IMG/VR virus record: IMGVR_UViG_3300006033_000027
Coordinates: 1,322-65,321 of that record
Direction: 5' to 3' (one strand)
DNA: 64,000 bases
Origin: a virus
Lineage: Duplodnaviria > Caudoviricetes
The notes under the pieces were generated by a model. That model searched no databases. It saw nothing but the letters and a program-made list of their open reading frames with translations, and was not told where the DNA came from. The translations under genes and the position numbers were made by a program. The stretch's first letter is position 1; every line of letters begins with the position of its first letter. Shown in pieces: positions 8,751 to 18,602 of this stretch.

Positions 8751-9029
8751 GACCATTGCGCTGGATGGCCTGAACCGCCTGGTGGTGGAGCAGGACGAGG
8801 ACTCCGAGAATCCGCTGGAGTGGCACGACGGCATGGAACTGGTCCTGCTGGACGACTACCGGCGTTGGGCATTCGGAGAGCGCCCGGACACGGAGAGTTG
8901 GGCGGCTGCGGCGCTGGAGCACTGGTACGCCCAAGCACCCGTCAATACCCGAATCGAGGCGCGGCCCTGTATCGAGCGCGTGCAGAGCGCGGCGAGATCA
9001 ACGGCTACTGGATCGACCCGAGGGGCTAG
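8743..9029 (+). pseudogene. Hypothetical gene with an apparent frameshift near 8940
   Basis: MTRTIALD.. frame has phage-like codons to about 8940; then the QYPNRGAALY..IDPRG* frame does. Confidence 0.4.
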
Positions 9030-9031
9030 GC

Positions 9032-9190
9032 ATGTTCCTTATCAAGTACGGCCCGGAAACCCTGAACTGGCACGAGGACCGCGACGAGGCATTCGCCTTG
9101 CGGGACTACGAGATCCAGCAGGGAGCCCCGAGCACAATCTACGTCTACGACACCGAGAGCGGTTGTCGAATTGAGAGGGGGACACGATGA
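9032..9190 (+). CDS. Hypothetical protein (MFLIKYGP...)
   Basis: GAGGGG SD; ATGA overlap with next gene. Confidence 0.55.
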   Translation: MFLIKYGPETLNWHEDRDEAFALRDYEIQQGAPSTIYVYDTESGCRIERGTR

Positions 9191-9420
9191 ACACTGACGG
9201 ACTCGTGAGAGTGCAGATCCGGGAAGACGGCGCGGATCTCGATTGGGTGATCCGAATGGGCTTGTCGGGAGGCTGGGAGAGTGCTACTGTCCACTATGAC
9301 AGCACGGCCCGGGTTTCGGGAGTGACGTTCTACGACAGCACCGGAGTCGAGGGATACTTCCCGGTCGGCACGACGATCAAGGGCAATTTCACGCCCGAAC
9401 TGGACCCACGCGGTAAATAA
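9187..9420 (+). CDS. Hypothetical protein
   Basis: SD and coupling. Confidence 0.7.
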   Translation: MNTDGLVRVQIREDGADLDWVIRMGLSGGWESATVHYDSTARVSGVTFYDSTGVEGYFPVGTTIKGNFTPELDPRGK

Positions 9421-9463
9421 TCGACAGGCTGCAATAGCCTACGAACGAAGGAGGATCACAGAA

Positions 9464-9817
9464 ATGGCGACGGAGAACAAGACGAGCAAGAAGTCCAATG
9501 GACACGTCTCGGATGCTCAGCGGGAGGCGACCAAAAAGCGCAACGACGAGCGCCGGGCGGCAGTCCACGCCGAGAACCTGGACCGGCACGCTAACAACGT
9601 GAGTTACATGCAGGAGCATGGCCTGACGGCGCCGCCCGTGTCCCGATACGTGCGGAAGAAGGACGGATCTCTGCTGACCACCGAGGACAAGAAGCGCGAC
9701 CCCATCGTGCGGACCAGTCCCAAGCGGGCGAGCAAGGTGGTCCGCAAGCACAAGCGGGCCGAGGCACGCCGGTCGGTGCTGGCTCAGATCGAGCAGGTGT
9801 CGAATGCCGAAGCCTGA
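9464..9817 (+). CDS. Basic hypothetical protein
   Basis: GAAGGAGG SD. Confidence 0.75.
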   Translation: MATENKTSKKSNGHVSDAQREATKKRNDERRAAVHAENLDRHANNVSYMQEHGLTAPPVSRYVRKKDGSLLTTEDKKRDPIVRTSPKRASKVVRKHKRAEARRSVLAQIEQVSNAEA

Positions 9818-9986
9818 TATCTCCACGTACACGCGGGTCGTGCTGCCGAAGGCCGGACCCACCGATCCCGAGCAGGTCAGTGTGAAGGTCACTTCGCCGT
9901 CCTACCTGCGGAAACTCAGTCATCGGGCTCAGGCTAAGAATGAGGCTCTGTATCAGGGCGTCATGGACAATCGAGGCAACTGGTGA
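9804..9986 (+). CDS. Hypothetical protein
   Basis: Coupled ORF. Confidence 0.6.
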   Translation: MPKPDISTYTRVVLPKAGPTDPEQVSVKVTSPSYLRKLSHRAQAKNEALYQGVMDNRGNW

Positions 9987-10123
9987 GCGCGTCCTGGGAT
10001 CGTGTCAGGGATTCTCTCAGTGAGGATGATGTTCAAGAGGCGTTGGCGCTGTATGACATGCTGGTCGAGGATGGCTACAGTCACAGCCAAGCCCTTGAGG
10101 AGGTGGAGCTGGCATGGCTGTAA
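9983..10123 (+). CDS. Small acidic hypothetical protein (MSASWDRV...)
   Basis: GTGA overlap; fills the gap between neighbours. Confidence 0.5.
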   Translation: MSASWDRVRDSLSEDDVQEALALYDMLVEDGYSHSQALEEVELAWL

Positions 10124-10410
10124 CTTTGGGAGACGTGAAGCGCCGCCTAGCCCAAGCTTCCGCGCACGGCACCCGTCAGAAGATGTTCGTGAACGAACTA
10201 CTGGCCGGTCCAGTGGAGGTCATCGAGACGCCCAACATCTACGCCCGCGGTGGTTTGGTCGTGGTGCGAGGTGAGTCCCGGCTCAGCACGAAAAATTGGC
10301 TGTCGCTGAAACGGAGGTTGGCTGAGAACGGTTTCGTGATCGGTTCTCAGCGCGTGGCCCCGCAGAAGCGACTCTGGACCATGATCTTCCGGGAGGAAAT
10401 CAATGGCTGA
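10114..10410 (+). CDS. Hypothetical protein
   Basis: GGAG SD; coupled. Confidence 0.65.
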   Translation: MAVTLGDVKRRLAQASAHGTRQKMFVNELLAGPVEVIETPNIYARGGLVVVRGESRLSTKNWLSLKRRLAENGFVIGSQRVAPQKRLWTMIFREEING

Positions 10411-10642
10411 GATCGTCTGTCGGGGGACGTGTGCGACATGCCGACAGATGGCTGTGCAGGTACAGACAGAGGACGGAACAGTGAAGACGACCTATCATGT
10501 CGCCTCTAAGTTCGTCAAGGGCTGTGCTGCCTCTCGGCAGATCCCGGACACTGAATTCAGGAGCTTCGAGATCTCTGCCACCCAATTCGTTCCCGATGGC
10601 TGGCACCCCGGTCACCCAGCAGGTCAGAGAAGGGAGATTTGA
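10403..10642 (+). CDS. Hypothetical Cys/His-containing protein
   Basis: GGAGG SD; CATC..H..C. Confidence 0.65.
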   Translation: MAEIVCRGTCATCRQMAVQVQTEDGTVKTTYHVASKFVKGCAASRQIPDTEFRSFEISATQFVPDGWHPGHPAGQRREI

Positions 10643-10746
10643 TGGACACGACACCGCTTCCGATCCTGATTGGCCTGGCTGCCGTCCTATGGGCGACGTG
10701 GTTCCTGGTCAACTGGTACGACAAGGGCGGGCCGAGGTCATCGTGA
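10642..10746 (+). CDS. Small membrane protein
   Basis: MDTTPLPILIGLAAVLWATWFLVNWY; TGATG overlap. Confidence 0.55.
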   Translation: MDTTPLPILIGLAAVLWATWFLVNWYDKGGPRSS

Positions 10747-10946
10747 CTCGTCGCAAGGTCGAGGCGGCTCTTGGTCCGTGGCCGCAAGCGGGTGAGATTC
10801 CACGAGGAAAGGGGAAATATACAATCTTGCGAGACGGGCAACAATACGCTACGATGAGCTACGAACTCTCAGCCGTGGTCTACCTCGGCATGGTGAAAGA
10901 CAAATTCCCGGAGTACACCTGGGACCTACAGAAGGAGGAAGAATGA
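10743..10946 (+). CDS. Hypothetical protein
   Basis: GTGA overlap. Confidence 0.6.
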   Translation: MTRRKVEAALGPWPQAGEIPRGKGKYTILRDGQQYATMSYELSAVVYLGMVKDKFPEYTWDLQKEEE

Positions 10947-11200
10947 CTGAGCCCAAGCTGTTGAGGTTCTACAATGACCCCACGGGTCTGCGCTACCGGG
11001 TGGTCGAGTACCATTCGGATGGCGAGATGGAATACCGATCCGCGGTCTTTGCGGACTTGCAGACTGCGGATGACCTGGCCTCTCGGTGGGCTTCCGGAAC
11101 CAACGACCCGGTGAGGGTCTGGGATCTCGGTGAGGATGTCGAAAACTCCAAGCCGGTGCCCGATCTGTCGGAGCCGATGCCGTCCGGGAGGGTCGAATGA
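10943..11200 (+). CDS. Hypothetical protein
   Basis: AGGAGG SD. Confidence 0.7.
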   Translation: MTEPKLLRFYNDPTGLRYRVVEYHSDGEMEYRSAVFADLQTADDLASRWASGTNDPVRVWDLGEDVENSKPVPDLSEPMPSGRVE

Positions 11201-11574
11201 AGCCCGATGCCGTGCGGACGATCCGCAACAACAAGACCGGCCTGGAACTGACCCTGAGCGAGTTCGTGATGCAGGTGCTAGAGCACAACGACGAGGTGAT
11301 CTTCGAGGGAGTCCTGGATGGCGACAATCAGGTTCGCACCTTCCGCGGTTGGGCCTGGGAACTTCTCCCGCTCCCGTGGGAGGCACCGACTCTGCCCGGC
11401 ACTGTGATCGTGTTCCACAACCACAGTCGTCACTTCGCCGGGATCGTTCAGACGGACGGAGAGATCCTGACGCTGAATCAATCCGGTACGGTCGTCCACC
11501 ACACCATCGAAGACTTCACCCAGGCGGTTCACTCCCAGGAATGGATCATCGTGGAAACTTACGGGGCTGTCTGA
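11197..11574 (+). CDS. Hypothetical protein
   Basis: ATGA overlap. Confidence 0.7.
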   Translation: MKPDAVRTIRNNKTGLELTLSEFVMQVLEHNDEVIFEGVLDGDNQVRTFRGWAWELLPLPWEAPTLPGTVIVFHNHSRHFAGIVQTDGEILTLNQSGTVVHHTIEDFTQAVHSQEWIIVETYGAV

Positions 11575-11846
11575 TGCCGACACAAGAAAAAATTCGGGTG
11601 GATGGTTTCACGCTGTATACCGAGATCTACCCCGAGTGGTTGGAACTCGGTGTCCGTTTGGCTGAAGGTTCCAACACCGATCAAGCAGAGTTTCTTATTG
11701 GATTCTCGGATCGTCTGAACGGATTCGAGGGTATCGCTTCCGATGCTCAACTCGGTATGATTGCTCAAATTATCCAGGGAGCACCCGCCCGGGATACGGT
11801 TGTCAAAGTGTTGCGGGAACTCGTGGATTGGATCGAGAATGGCTAG
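11574..11846 (+). CDS. Hypothetical protein (MPTQEK...)
   Basis: TGATG overlap. Confidence 0.65.
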   Translation: MPTQEKIRVDGFTLYTEIYPEWLELGVRLAEGSNTDQAEFLIGFSDRLNGFEGIASDAQLGMIAQIIQGAPARDTVVKVLRELVDWIENG

Positions 11847-12123
11847 GCCAGCATTCACCCCCACTCCTGAGCAGACCAAACTTCTGGAAGCGGTGTGGGT
11901 TGCTCACGAGATCCTGGAACTCAACCGCAAGAAACTATGGGCCGATGCCGAGGCAAAGCGGAGGTTCGAGGACTCAGACGAGTCCCTGGTTCGGCGCAAG
12001 CACGCCCTGAATCGCCTGCTGCGGGAGGCTCAGGCTTCTGGCATCCCCGTCACGACGATCTCGAAGGACGGGCTCGGTCTGGCGGGCACCAACAAATACT
12101 ACGAACTGACGAAGGAGGACTGA
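11839..12123 (+). CDS. Putative HTH DNA-binding protein
   Basis: LLREAQASGIPVTTISKDGLG HTH-like C-terminus. Confidence 0.55.
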   Translation: MARPAFTPTPEQTKLLEAVWVAHEILELNRKKLWADAEAKRRFEDSDESLVRRKHALNRLLREAQASGIPVTTISKDGLGLAGTNKYYELTKED

Positions 12124-12335
12124 TGAAACGATTTATAGGTGATTTCGTGGATTGGATACTGGGCAGCGGGGTGGGATGGTTCCTGCTGGTCATTGTGTTC
12201 GTTTTGGTTCACTTCGGGTTCCTTATCGGGATCATTATGCTAAGCGGTATCGTCTCGCCCTGGTTCCTGTTCCTGCTACCGGTCTTGTTGTTCGAGATTC
12301 TGTTGGTATGTTTCGTCGTGAGCGAGAGGCTCTGA
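12123..12335 (+). CDS. Membrane protein
   Basis: Two long hydrophobic segments. Confidence 0.7.
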   Translation: MKRFIGDFVDWILGSGVGWFLLVIVFVLVHFGFLIGIIMLSGIVSPWFLFLLPVLLFEILLVCFVVSERL

Positions 12336-12336
12336 C

Positions 12337-12558
12337 ATGGAACTGACGACAACTGCTGTGAGTGAAGCGGTCGAGGCGGTGGCAAAGGTTCTGCTGAAGT
12401 TGGACTGGGACGATATTGGTCTGGCTCCTGTGGCGATCTCTGACCGAGGTACGGAGATCTATCGCAACCCCAATGACCTGAGCCACGAGTTCTATCTGAC
12501 CGTGCGAGATCAGAACAACAACTTCATCGACATGGCAATCAAGGTGGAACCACTGTGA
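12337..12558 (+). CDS. Hypothetical protein
   Basis: GAGG SD. Confidence 0.65.
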   Translation: MELTTTAVSEAVEAVAKVLLKLDWDDIGLAPVAISDRGTEIYRNPNDLSHEFYLTVRDQNNNFIDMAIKVEPL

Positions 12559-12926
12559 CTGACCGCATCCGTGAAGAAGCCGAACGCCAGTTCCCAGACT
12601 CTGTTGTGACCAGCCACGGATTCACCCGGACCGTATCCCAGAAAGACGAGCGTTTCGCCTTCAACGCCTGCGGCGACTTCCTCCTCTCTCTCCTGGACTC
12701 AGACGATGCCCGCGAGGTAGTGGCGAAGGCACTCCACACGCGCAACATCTTCGAGTACGACGAGTGCGATCACGGAACCTTCAGAGGCGGAGCGATGGAT
12801 GGCGAGCCGTACAAGATGTGCGAACGCGCTGCGCCTAATGTCCTGGCTGCTGTCCGGGCCTACCTGAAAGGCAACGAGCCGGAGGCTCGGAAGTCCACGA
12901 CCGAAGGGAGTGAGGGGGAGTCGTGA
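12555..12926 (+). CDS. Hypothetical protein
   Basis: Coupled ORF. Confidence 0.65.
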   Translation: MTDRIREEAERQFPDSVVTSHGFTRTVSQKDERFAFNACGDFLLSLLDSDDAREVVAKALHTRNIFEYDECDHGTFRGGAMDGEPYKMCERAAPNVLAAVRAYLKGNEPEARKSTTEGSEGES

Positions 12927-13162
12927 GCGCACTCATGGAGATGGAAATGCCCGAGATCCCGCGGTGCCGATGCGGGTACCCCATGCAGGAGATCAACAGC
13001 ACGGGGGTGTGGTTCTGCCCGAGGCATGACCGGCTGACGGACGAGGAGCTACAGCCGGGTGGAAAGCGGAAGGTGGGTCACTACGACACCGCTTTCGAGA
13101 GAGCCTGGAAGTCATTCCTGGACGAGCAGTTCCCGGAGCAGAAGGGCAAGAAGCTCAAGTAA
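12923..13162 (+). CDS. Small zinc-ribbon protein
   Basis: CRCG..WFCPRH. Confidence 0.65.
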   Translation: MSALMEMEMPEIPRCRCGYPMQEINSTGVWFCPRHDRLTDEELQPGGKRKVGHYDTAFERAWKSFLDEQFPEQKGKKLK

Positions 13163-14679
13163 TGCCTGAACTGTTCGACTGGCAAGCCGCCGATGTCGAG
13201 GCACTGGTACGCGGTGACGGCATCGGGGTGAACACCTCGCACACGGGCGCCGGGAAATCTGCGGTAGCCCTGTCGAGTGCGAAGGAACTCGGCGCCGACA
13301 GCGTGCTGGTGGTGAGCCCGAAGAACACCGCGGACTCCTGGCGGGAGAGCGTCGAAATGTGGTGGCCCGAGCAGGACTACCGGGTGATCGACGCGAGTAA
13401 GGCAGGCAATCGAGCGTACCTGGATCTCGCCCTGGGAACCCCGGGTGTCTATCAGATCGGTATTGAGCGGTTCCGTAATCAGTCGTGGTCGAGCATCTTC
13501 CCGGACATCAGCATTGCGGACGAGGTTCACCGGCTGGCCTCACTCACTTCCGATGTCGGGCGCAAGGCGCTGCACTCGCTGTCCAGTGGATCTAAGCAGG
13601 CTCTCTCCGCAACCATTGTGCGGAACAAGATCGAGAACATCTACGGCCCCGCCAAGTGGGAGTACCCCACGATGGGGCCGTGGCAGCCTACGGAAGAATA
13701 CTTCGACACGCATCCGGGAGTGAACCCCGATGCGTGGAGCAAGATCACGCCCAAGAAGAAGATCAAGGATCTCGACGCTCGGTACAAGTGGCAGTTCTTG
13801 GAGCTTCACTACAACGTCAAGAAGGACTTCTTCGCTGGCTGGACTGTCGAATCCGAGATGATTCCTGGTTGGGTGATCTCTCGGTTCCCGGTTCACATTG
13901 AGCACCGCAAGCGGGAGAACTGCTGCGAGTACCATCCAGAGGGTTTCGCTACCTGGCCCGAGCCCCAGGAACACCGCATCGAGATCCCGATGACGCCGAC
14001 ACAGCGGAAGATCTACCGCCAACTGGACGAGCAGGATCTTGCCTGGATGGGGGAGAATGCCCTGGCGCCGAAGATCCCGTTGGAGTCTCGGATCAGGAAA
14101 CTTCAGATCGCTCTCGGTGAGGGTGAATTGGTCACTGATGGGGAAGGCAAGCAGAAGATCGTCTTCCTGCCGGAAGGCAAGAGCCCGAAGGCCGACTGGA
14201 TTCAGGATGCTCTCACTGAGGGAGATCTGTTCGGGGAAAATGTGGTCGTGTTTACGCACTCGAAGGGCTGGAGCAATGCCCTGGCCCAGCGGTTGAACAA
14301 GGCGGGTATCCCTTCCCTGGCGTGGAACTCCGACACCGACCCGGACGACAAGACCGCGGCCCGGGTTCAGTGGGTTGAGGGTGGGCTTCAGGTGATCGTT
14401 GGTGTGATCTCGGCGATAGGTACAGGAACAGATTGGATGCAGAGAAACTGCTATAATATGGTCTGGGCTTCCAGAAGTGACGATAGCACTGACAACCTTC
14501 AGGCTTCTGGTAGACTGGATCGAATTGGACAACAACGCGGTGTGATGGAATGGATACTCCAGAGCGAAGACACGATGGAAGCCGGTGTTGAATCCAAGCA
14601 GATGGTCAAGCAGATGCAGATCAACGAGTCCACGCGGAAACGAGCAGAAGCGAGCGGTGTTGACTTGCAAGATTTCTGA
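13162..14679 (+). CDS. SF2 (SNF2-like) DNA helicase
   Basis: TGAGKS, DEVH, SAT and QASGRLDRIGQ motifs. Confidence 0.9.
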   Translation: MPELFDWQAADVEALVRGDGIGVNTSHTGAGKSAVALSSAKELGADSVLVVSPKNTADSWRESVEMWWPEQDYRVIDASKAGNRAYLDLALGTPGVYQIGIERFRNQSWSSIFPDISIADEVHRLASLTSDVGRKALHSLSSGSKQALSATIVRNKIENIYGPAKWEYPTMGPWQPTEEYFDTHPGVNPDAWSKITPKKKIKDLDARYKWQFLELHYNVKKDFFAGWTVESEMIPGWVISRFPVHIEHRKRENCCEYHPEGFATWPEPQEHRIEIPMTPTQRKIYRQLDEQDLAWMGENALAPKIPLESRIRKLQIALGEGELVTDGEGKQKIVFLPEGKSPKADWIQDALTEGDLFGENVVVFTHSKGWSNALAQRLNKAGIPSLAWNSDTDPDDKTAARVQWVEGGLQVIVGVISAIGTGTDWMQRNCYNMVWASRSDDSTDNLQASGRLDRIGQQRGVMEWILQSEDTMEAGVESKQMVKQMQINESTRKRAEASGVDLQDF

Positions 14680-15250
14680 GTGCGAACTCCCCGTGCGTGC
14701 TCGTGAGTATTGCTCCAAACACTACAAACGGGCTGTCTACCACGGAGAGATAGAAACTCGAAAGATGACGGTGACCCGGGACACGCCCCTCATTGAACGG
14801 ATCATGAATACGGGGTGGGATGAGGTTACTCGTGTCCCGGCCCTGGGTTCTTGCTGGGAGTGGCGTGGTAGGACCGACGACAGTGGGTATGGCGTGCTGA
14901 AGTTTCACGGATCTGTCAAGCGCCCACATCGAGTTCTCTATGAGGTGGAGAGCGGAGAACCCCTAGGAAACTTGTATGCGTGCCATCATTGCGATAACCC
15001 TAAGTGCATCAACCCGTCACATATCTTTGCCGGGACGCAACGACATAACATGGCGGACATGGTTTCTAAGCGAATTCCGAAGCGAGGTAATCGACGCCAT
15101 TCGGAGCGAGACGTGCGGGCCGCGGTCTCTGAGTATCAATCGGGGGGTGTGTCCCAAGCTTCGTTGGAGAGGAATTATGGGTTTTCATCGGGCACCCTGT
15201 CCCGAATCCTTTCCGGGAAAATCTGGGTAGATCTCGACTTGACACCCTAA
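14657..15250 (+). CDS. HNH homing endonuclease (HNH_3 type)
   Basis: CWEWRG..GYG..HR..CHHCDNPKCINPSH..N..DM; C-terminal HTH. Confidence 0.88.
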   Translation: MLTCKISECELPVRAREYCSKHYKRAVYHGEIETRKMTVTRDTPLIERIMNTGWDEVTRVPALGSCWEWRGRTDDSGYGVLKFHGSVKRPHRVLYEVESGEPLGNLYACHHCDNPKCINPSHIFAGTQRHNMADMVSKRIPKRGNRRHSERDVRAAVSEYQSGGVSQASLERNYGFSSGTLSRILSGKIWVDLDLTP

Positions 15251-15268
15251 CAATAGGTGTTATAGACT
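15239..15268 (+). promoter_or_regulatory. SigA-type promoter
   Basis: TTGACA -18 nt- TAGACT. Confidence 0.7.
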
Positions 15269-15298
15269 GACGGCACAACGAACAAGAAGGAGGTCCAC

Positions 15299-15967
15299 TT
15301 GACTACTGCAACCCTGCCGATCCTGAAGGCCGTAGACCGAGCAATCGCTGCGGTACGGGAGCGTCACCCTGAGATCCCGGAGATCGTCGCGGTCGTCGGT
15401 CAGTCCGGCTTCAAGAAGAACGGCCAGACCCACGGCCACTTCGCCAAAGAGACCTGGCGCCGGGACGAGGATGGCAACGAGGTCACAATGCACGAGATCA
15501 TGCTCTCAGGCGAGTCCCTGAAGCGTGGCGCCGAAGCCACCCTGGGAACCATCATCCACGAGTGCGTCCATGCCTACTGTCACGTCAAGGAAATCCGGGA
15601 CACCTCCAATCAGGGCCGCTACCACAACAAGCACTTCAAGGAAGCCGCCGAGGACTTCGGGCTCTCGATCTCGAAGGCTCCGGTCATCGGGTTCAGCGTC
15701 ACCACCCTGGCGGATGGAACCGCGGAGGAATACGCCGAGGAACTGGCGGATCTCACCGAGGCTCTGACCGCCTGGCGCGTGCCGAAGCTGAAAGAGGTCG
15801 TCAAGGCGACCAAATACGAGATGCAGTGTCGTGACTGCCAGGACCCAGTGATGACCAGCAAGAAGTGGTGGGAGCGCAACCGCAGCAACCTGTTCTGCGA
15901 TTCCGACCGGCATGAGGGCTTCCGTGAGGAAATGGTCCTGCTGGCTGACGGAGAGGAAGTCTACTGA
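15299..15967 (+). CDS. SprT-like zinc metalloprotease
   Basis: HECVH..YHNKHFK; C-terminal CxxC. Confidence 0.8.
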   Translation: MTTATLPILKAVDRAIAAVRERHPEIPEIVAVVGQSGFKKNGQTHGHFAKETWRRDEDGNEVTMHEIMLSGESLKRGAEATLGTIIHECVHAYCHVKEIRDTSNQGRYHNKHFKEAAEDFGLSISKAPVIGFSVTTLADGTAEEYAEELADLTEALTAWRVPKLKEVVKATKYEMQCRDCQDPVMTSKKWWERNRSNLFCDSDRHEGFREEMVLLADGEEVY

Positions 15968-16254
15968 TGGTCAGTTCGTATCAGCAACTCGGCGCCGAGT
16001 GGGAGATGCACCTGGAGCGGCAGTTCGAGGACTGGATCGAGTACATGGACTCCACGGTGCCGATGCGGGTCTCCGAGTACGCGGCGGCGTCGGGTCGAAA
16101 TCTTGACGTGGACGTGATTCCCAACTATGCTTCCGGAGACGAGATCGAACTGGTCTTATACGAAGACGGCAAAGTGATCGGAACCTACTACGACGATGAC
16201 GGCGCCGAGAAGATGTACGAGGACATCGAGTTGCTGACAGGAGTGATCCTATGA
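15967..16254 (+). CDS. Acidic hypothetical protein
   Basis: TGATG overlap. Confidence 0.7.
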   Translation: MVSSYQQLGAEWEMHLERQFEDWIEYMDSTVPMRVSEYAAASGRNLDVDVIPNYASGDEIELVLYEDGKVIGTYYDDDGAEKMYEDIELLTGVIL

Positions 16255-16360
16255 CCGACAACAAACCCAACACTGACCCGGTACTGGAGAGCATGATGTA
16301 TGCGTTCCGGTTGCTGGACGAGGCTCTGGAGCCTCACAACGAGGAAGGAGGCCGTTAGGC

Positions 16361-16780
16361 ATGAAATTCAAGAAGGTTATCACAGGGCTGGTTCTGACCG
16401 TCACGGCGGGACTGGGCTTCGCGCTCGCAGGCTGTACCAGTGACGCCGACCGAGCATCACAGAACCTCTCCGTGGCTGCTGAGCAGTTCGAGGTGAACCG
16501 CAGGATCGTGTTCTTCAACGGCATCACCGACCAGTACCTTCTCACCATCGAAGGCCGCTGCTCTGTCGAGACGGGTAATTCCATGCTCGCCGGATCTCTG
16601 GAAGTGACGTGCAAGCTGGGCGAGAACCAGTACAAGAAGCACTTCCTGGGCCTGAGCGACAACGTTTCGTTCTTCGTAGAGCAACTGGAAGCGGTCGATG
16701 TGAGTGTCTACCACTACCGGGTCATCTTCAAGCCCGAGAACATCGTCCCTGACATCGACCTGGAAACTGGAGAGCAGTGA
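16361..16780 (+). CDS. Phage lipoprotein
   Basis: Signal peptide with LAGC lipobox. Confidence 0.8.
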   Translation: MKFKKVITGLVLTVTAGLGFALAGCTSDADRASQNLSVAAEQFEVNRRIVFFNGITDQYLLTIEGRCSVETGNSMLAGSLEVTCKLGENQYKKHFLGLSDNVSFFVEQLEAVDVSVYHYRVIFKPENIVPDIDLETGEQ

Positions 16781-16919
16781 TGCTTCCGATTTCAGCGCAT
16801 TGGGACCCGGCTACCCAGAGGTTCGTCTTCATCGTTCGCGGCAGGGAGGTGGCTCGGCTGTCATGGGACGAGGCGAGCATCATCTACAGTGATCTCCACG
16901 ACGAGTTGGGGGCGGGCTG

Positions 16920-17189
16920 ATGGCTAAGTTCGATCTGGCTTCGGAGGTGGCCCCGGGACCGGGGCGCCTCTGGAGCGTAGTGCATCAGCCGAGCAGCCAG
17001 AAGACCCCGGTGCGCCTGGAGCTTCGTGAAGCGGCGATCTCGGAGGAAACTCGCCCGGCGCCGCTGTCCATGACCAAGCTCCTGGGGTACGCGAACACCG
17101 TTGCGGATGCCAAGGCTCTGAAGACCACCGCTGAGGAAATCCTCGCCCGCGTGGGCCGTGTCGATGAGTTCGTGGGTGTGTACCGATGA
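16920..17189 (+). CDS. Hypothetical protein
   Basis: ORF with phage-like codon usage. Confidence 0.65.
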   Translation: MAKFDLASEVAPGPGRLWSVVHQPSSQKTPVRLELREAAISEETRPAPLSMTKLLGYANTVADAKALKTTAEEILARVGRVDEFVGVYR

Positions 17190-17346
17190 AAACCATGTCC
17201 GCGTATCCCGACGTAACCCGAGTGGAAGTGATCGACGCCTCCGGACGTGCGTTTGTTCGCTACTACAAGGACAAGGGCGTGACGATCCAACTTCAGGATG
17301 AAGGACGGACATTGAAGGTGTTCGCCGGGATTCAGAAGGCCAAATC

Positions 17347-17616
17347 GTGAAGATTACGGCAACGACGCGCTCGGGTACGGTCTACACCATCGAGAACGGC
17401 TACTGGACCAGGACTACCCCCGAAGGCGCGTCCTGGACGGCCCGGTACTGGAGCCTTCGAATTGGGGATCGCGCCACGATCACGTCCTGGAGTGATGTCC
17501 ACCAGTGGCCCCAGACTGAGGTGCCCGAGGTCGGGAAATCCATGTACTTCGACTCGAACAACGACTGGCAGTTGAGCACTGAGGTGGTTTCGGTGGAAAT
17601 TGAGGAAGACGCATGA
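17347..17616 (+). CDS. Hypothetical beta-rich protein
   Basis: TRSGTVYTI start resembles 36788-37051. Confidence 0.65.
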   Translation: MKITATTRSGTVYTIENGYWTRTTPEGASWTARYWSLRIGDRATITSWSDVHQWPQTEVPEVGKSMYFDSNNDWQLSTEVVSVEIEEDA

Positions 17617-18128
17617 TCTTCTGGATTCTTCTGGGTATCGCGGTAGCTGTCCCCGTTGTTGCATTCTTCTACGCGAAATTCGAGTCCGGGTGGTGGTCAG
17701 AGGCGTTCGTTTTTTCTGGCTGGGCAGTGTTATTCTCCGCTTTCGGATTGGCGGGTGCAACCCTGATTCTCTGGATCGTTGTTTCTTTCATGCCCAACAC
17801 CACGTCCGATACACGATATGGGCTGACTGCGCTGGGTACCAATGAACGCACCGGCTGGAGCTTCTTCCTCATTGCAGGTGGTTCCACTGATGAGACCAAG
17901 TTTCAGTATGCGCGAGACGATCACGGCGCCATCTCCATCCTAGAGATCGAGGTATATAGAGCTACGATCTTCGAAGACAACGGGCAGTACATGATCGAGA
18001 AATCTCAACGATCCGGCTACTGGTGGGCCTTCCCCGGAGCGGTGTCCACTCCACGAACCTCCACTGTGGAGTTCCATGTCCCAGAAGGGTCGGTCGAACG
18101 CGGTTATGACATCAAGGTGGGTGACTGA
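17613..18128 (+). CDS. Membrane protein
   Basis: Two N-terminal TM segments. Confidence 0.7.
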   Translation: MIFWILLGIAVAVPVVAFFYAKFESGWWSEAFVFSGWAVLFSAFGLAGATLILWIVVSFMPNTTSDTRYGLTALGTNERTGWSFFLIAGGSTDETKFQYARDDHGAISILEIEVYRATIFEDNGQYMIEKSQRSGYWWAFPGAVSTPRTSTVEFHVPEGSVERGYDIKVGD

Positions 18129-18242
18129 TGTTTCTCGCTGACGGTGTGAACAATGGAGGGGGCGATTGGGTTGGACTCGTAGCTCCCCTCGTCATCATCG
18201 GGGTGACCATCACCACCATCTTCCTGAGAGCAGTTTCGAGAG

Positions 18243-18602
18243 ATGACTAAGAACCTCTGGCAGACGCGCATTGGCCCCATCGAGGCGATGCAATGGCGAG
18301 TGGTCAACAAGACCGAGATGGCGGAGTTCACGGGCGAGGAAGTCTACGTCCTGAGTAAGCACAGCGGCAAGGCTGCCCACCTCAGACTGCACACCCCCCG
18401 TGGGACACTGACTGTTCCCCCGCAGTGGTGGGTCGTCAAGGGACCGGCCTCGTCCGGCTGGTACGCCCTGGCGCCGGAGGACTTCGACGCGGCCTTCGAG
18501 CCGTATGTCGAGCCCACGGAGTCGGTTGAGCCCTACGACCCGTTCAGCCACCTCGCACCCAAGGAGGCACGAGACCTGCCCAGCGCTATCGTGGAGGCAT
18601 GA
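18243..18602 (+). CDS. Hypothetical phage protein
   Basis: IEAMQW..WVVKG..F...FE pattern common in phage ORFs. Confidence 0.7.
   Translation: MTKNLWQTRIGPIEAMQWRVVNKTEMAEFTGEEVYVLSKHSGKAAHLRLHTPRGTLTVPPQWWVVKGPASSGWYALAPEDFDAAFEPYVEPTESVEPYDPFSHLAPKEARDLPSAIVEA

Noticed and set aside
16361-16780. Recombination directionality factor or other lysogeny function
   Set aside because: The protein has a signal peptide and lipobox, and no integrase or repressor is seen in the window
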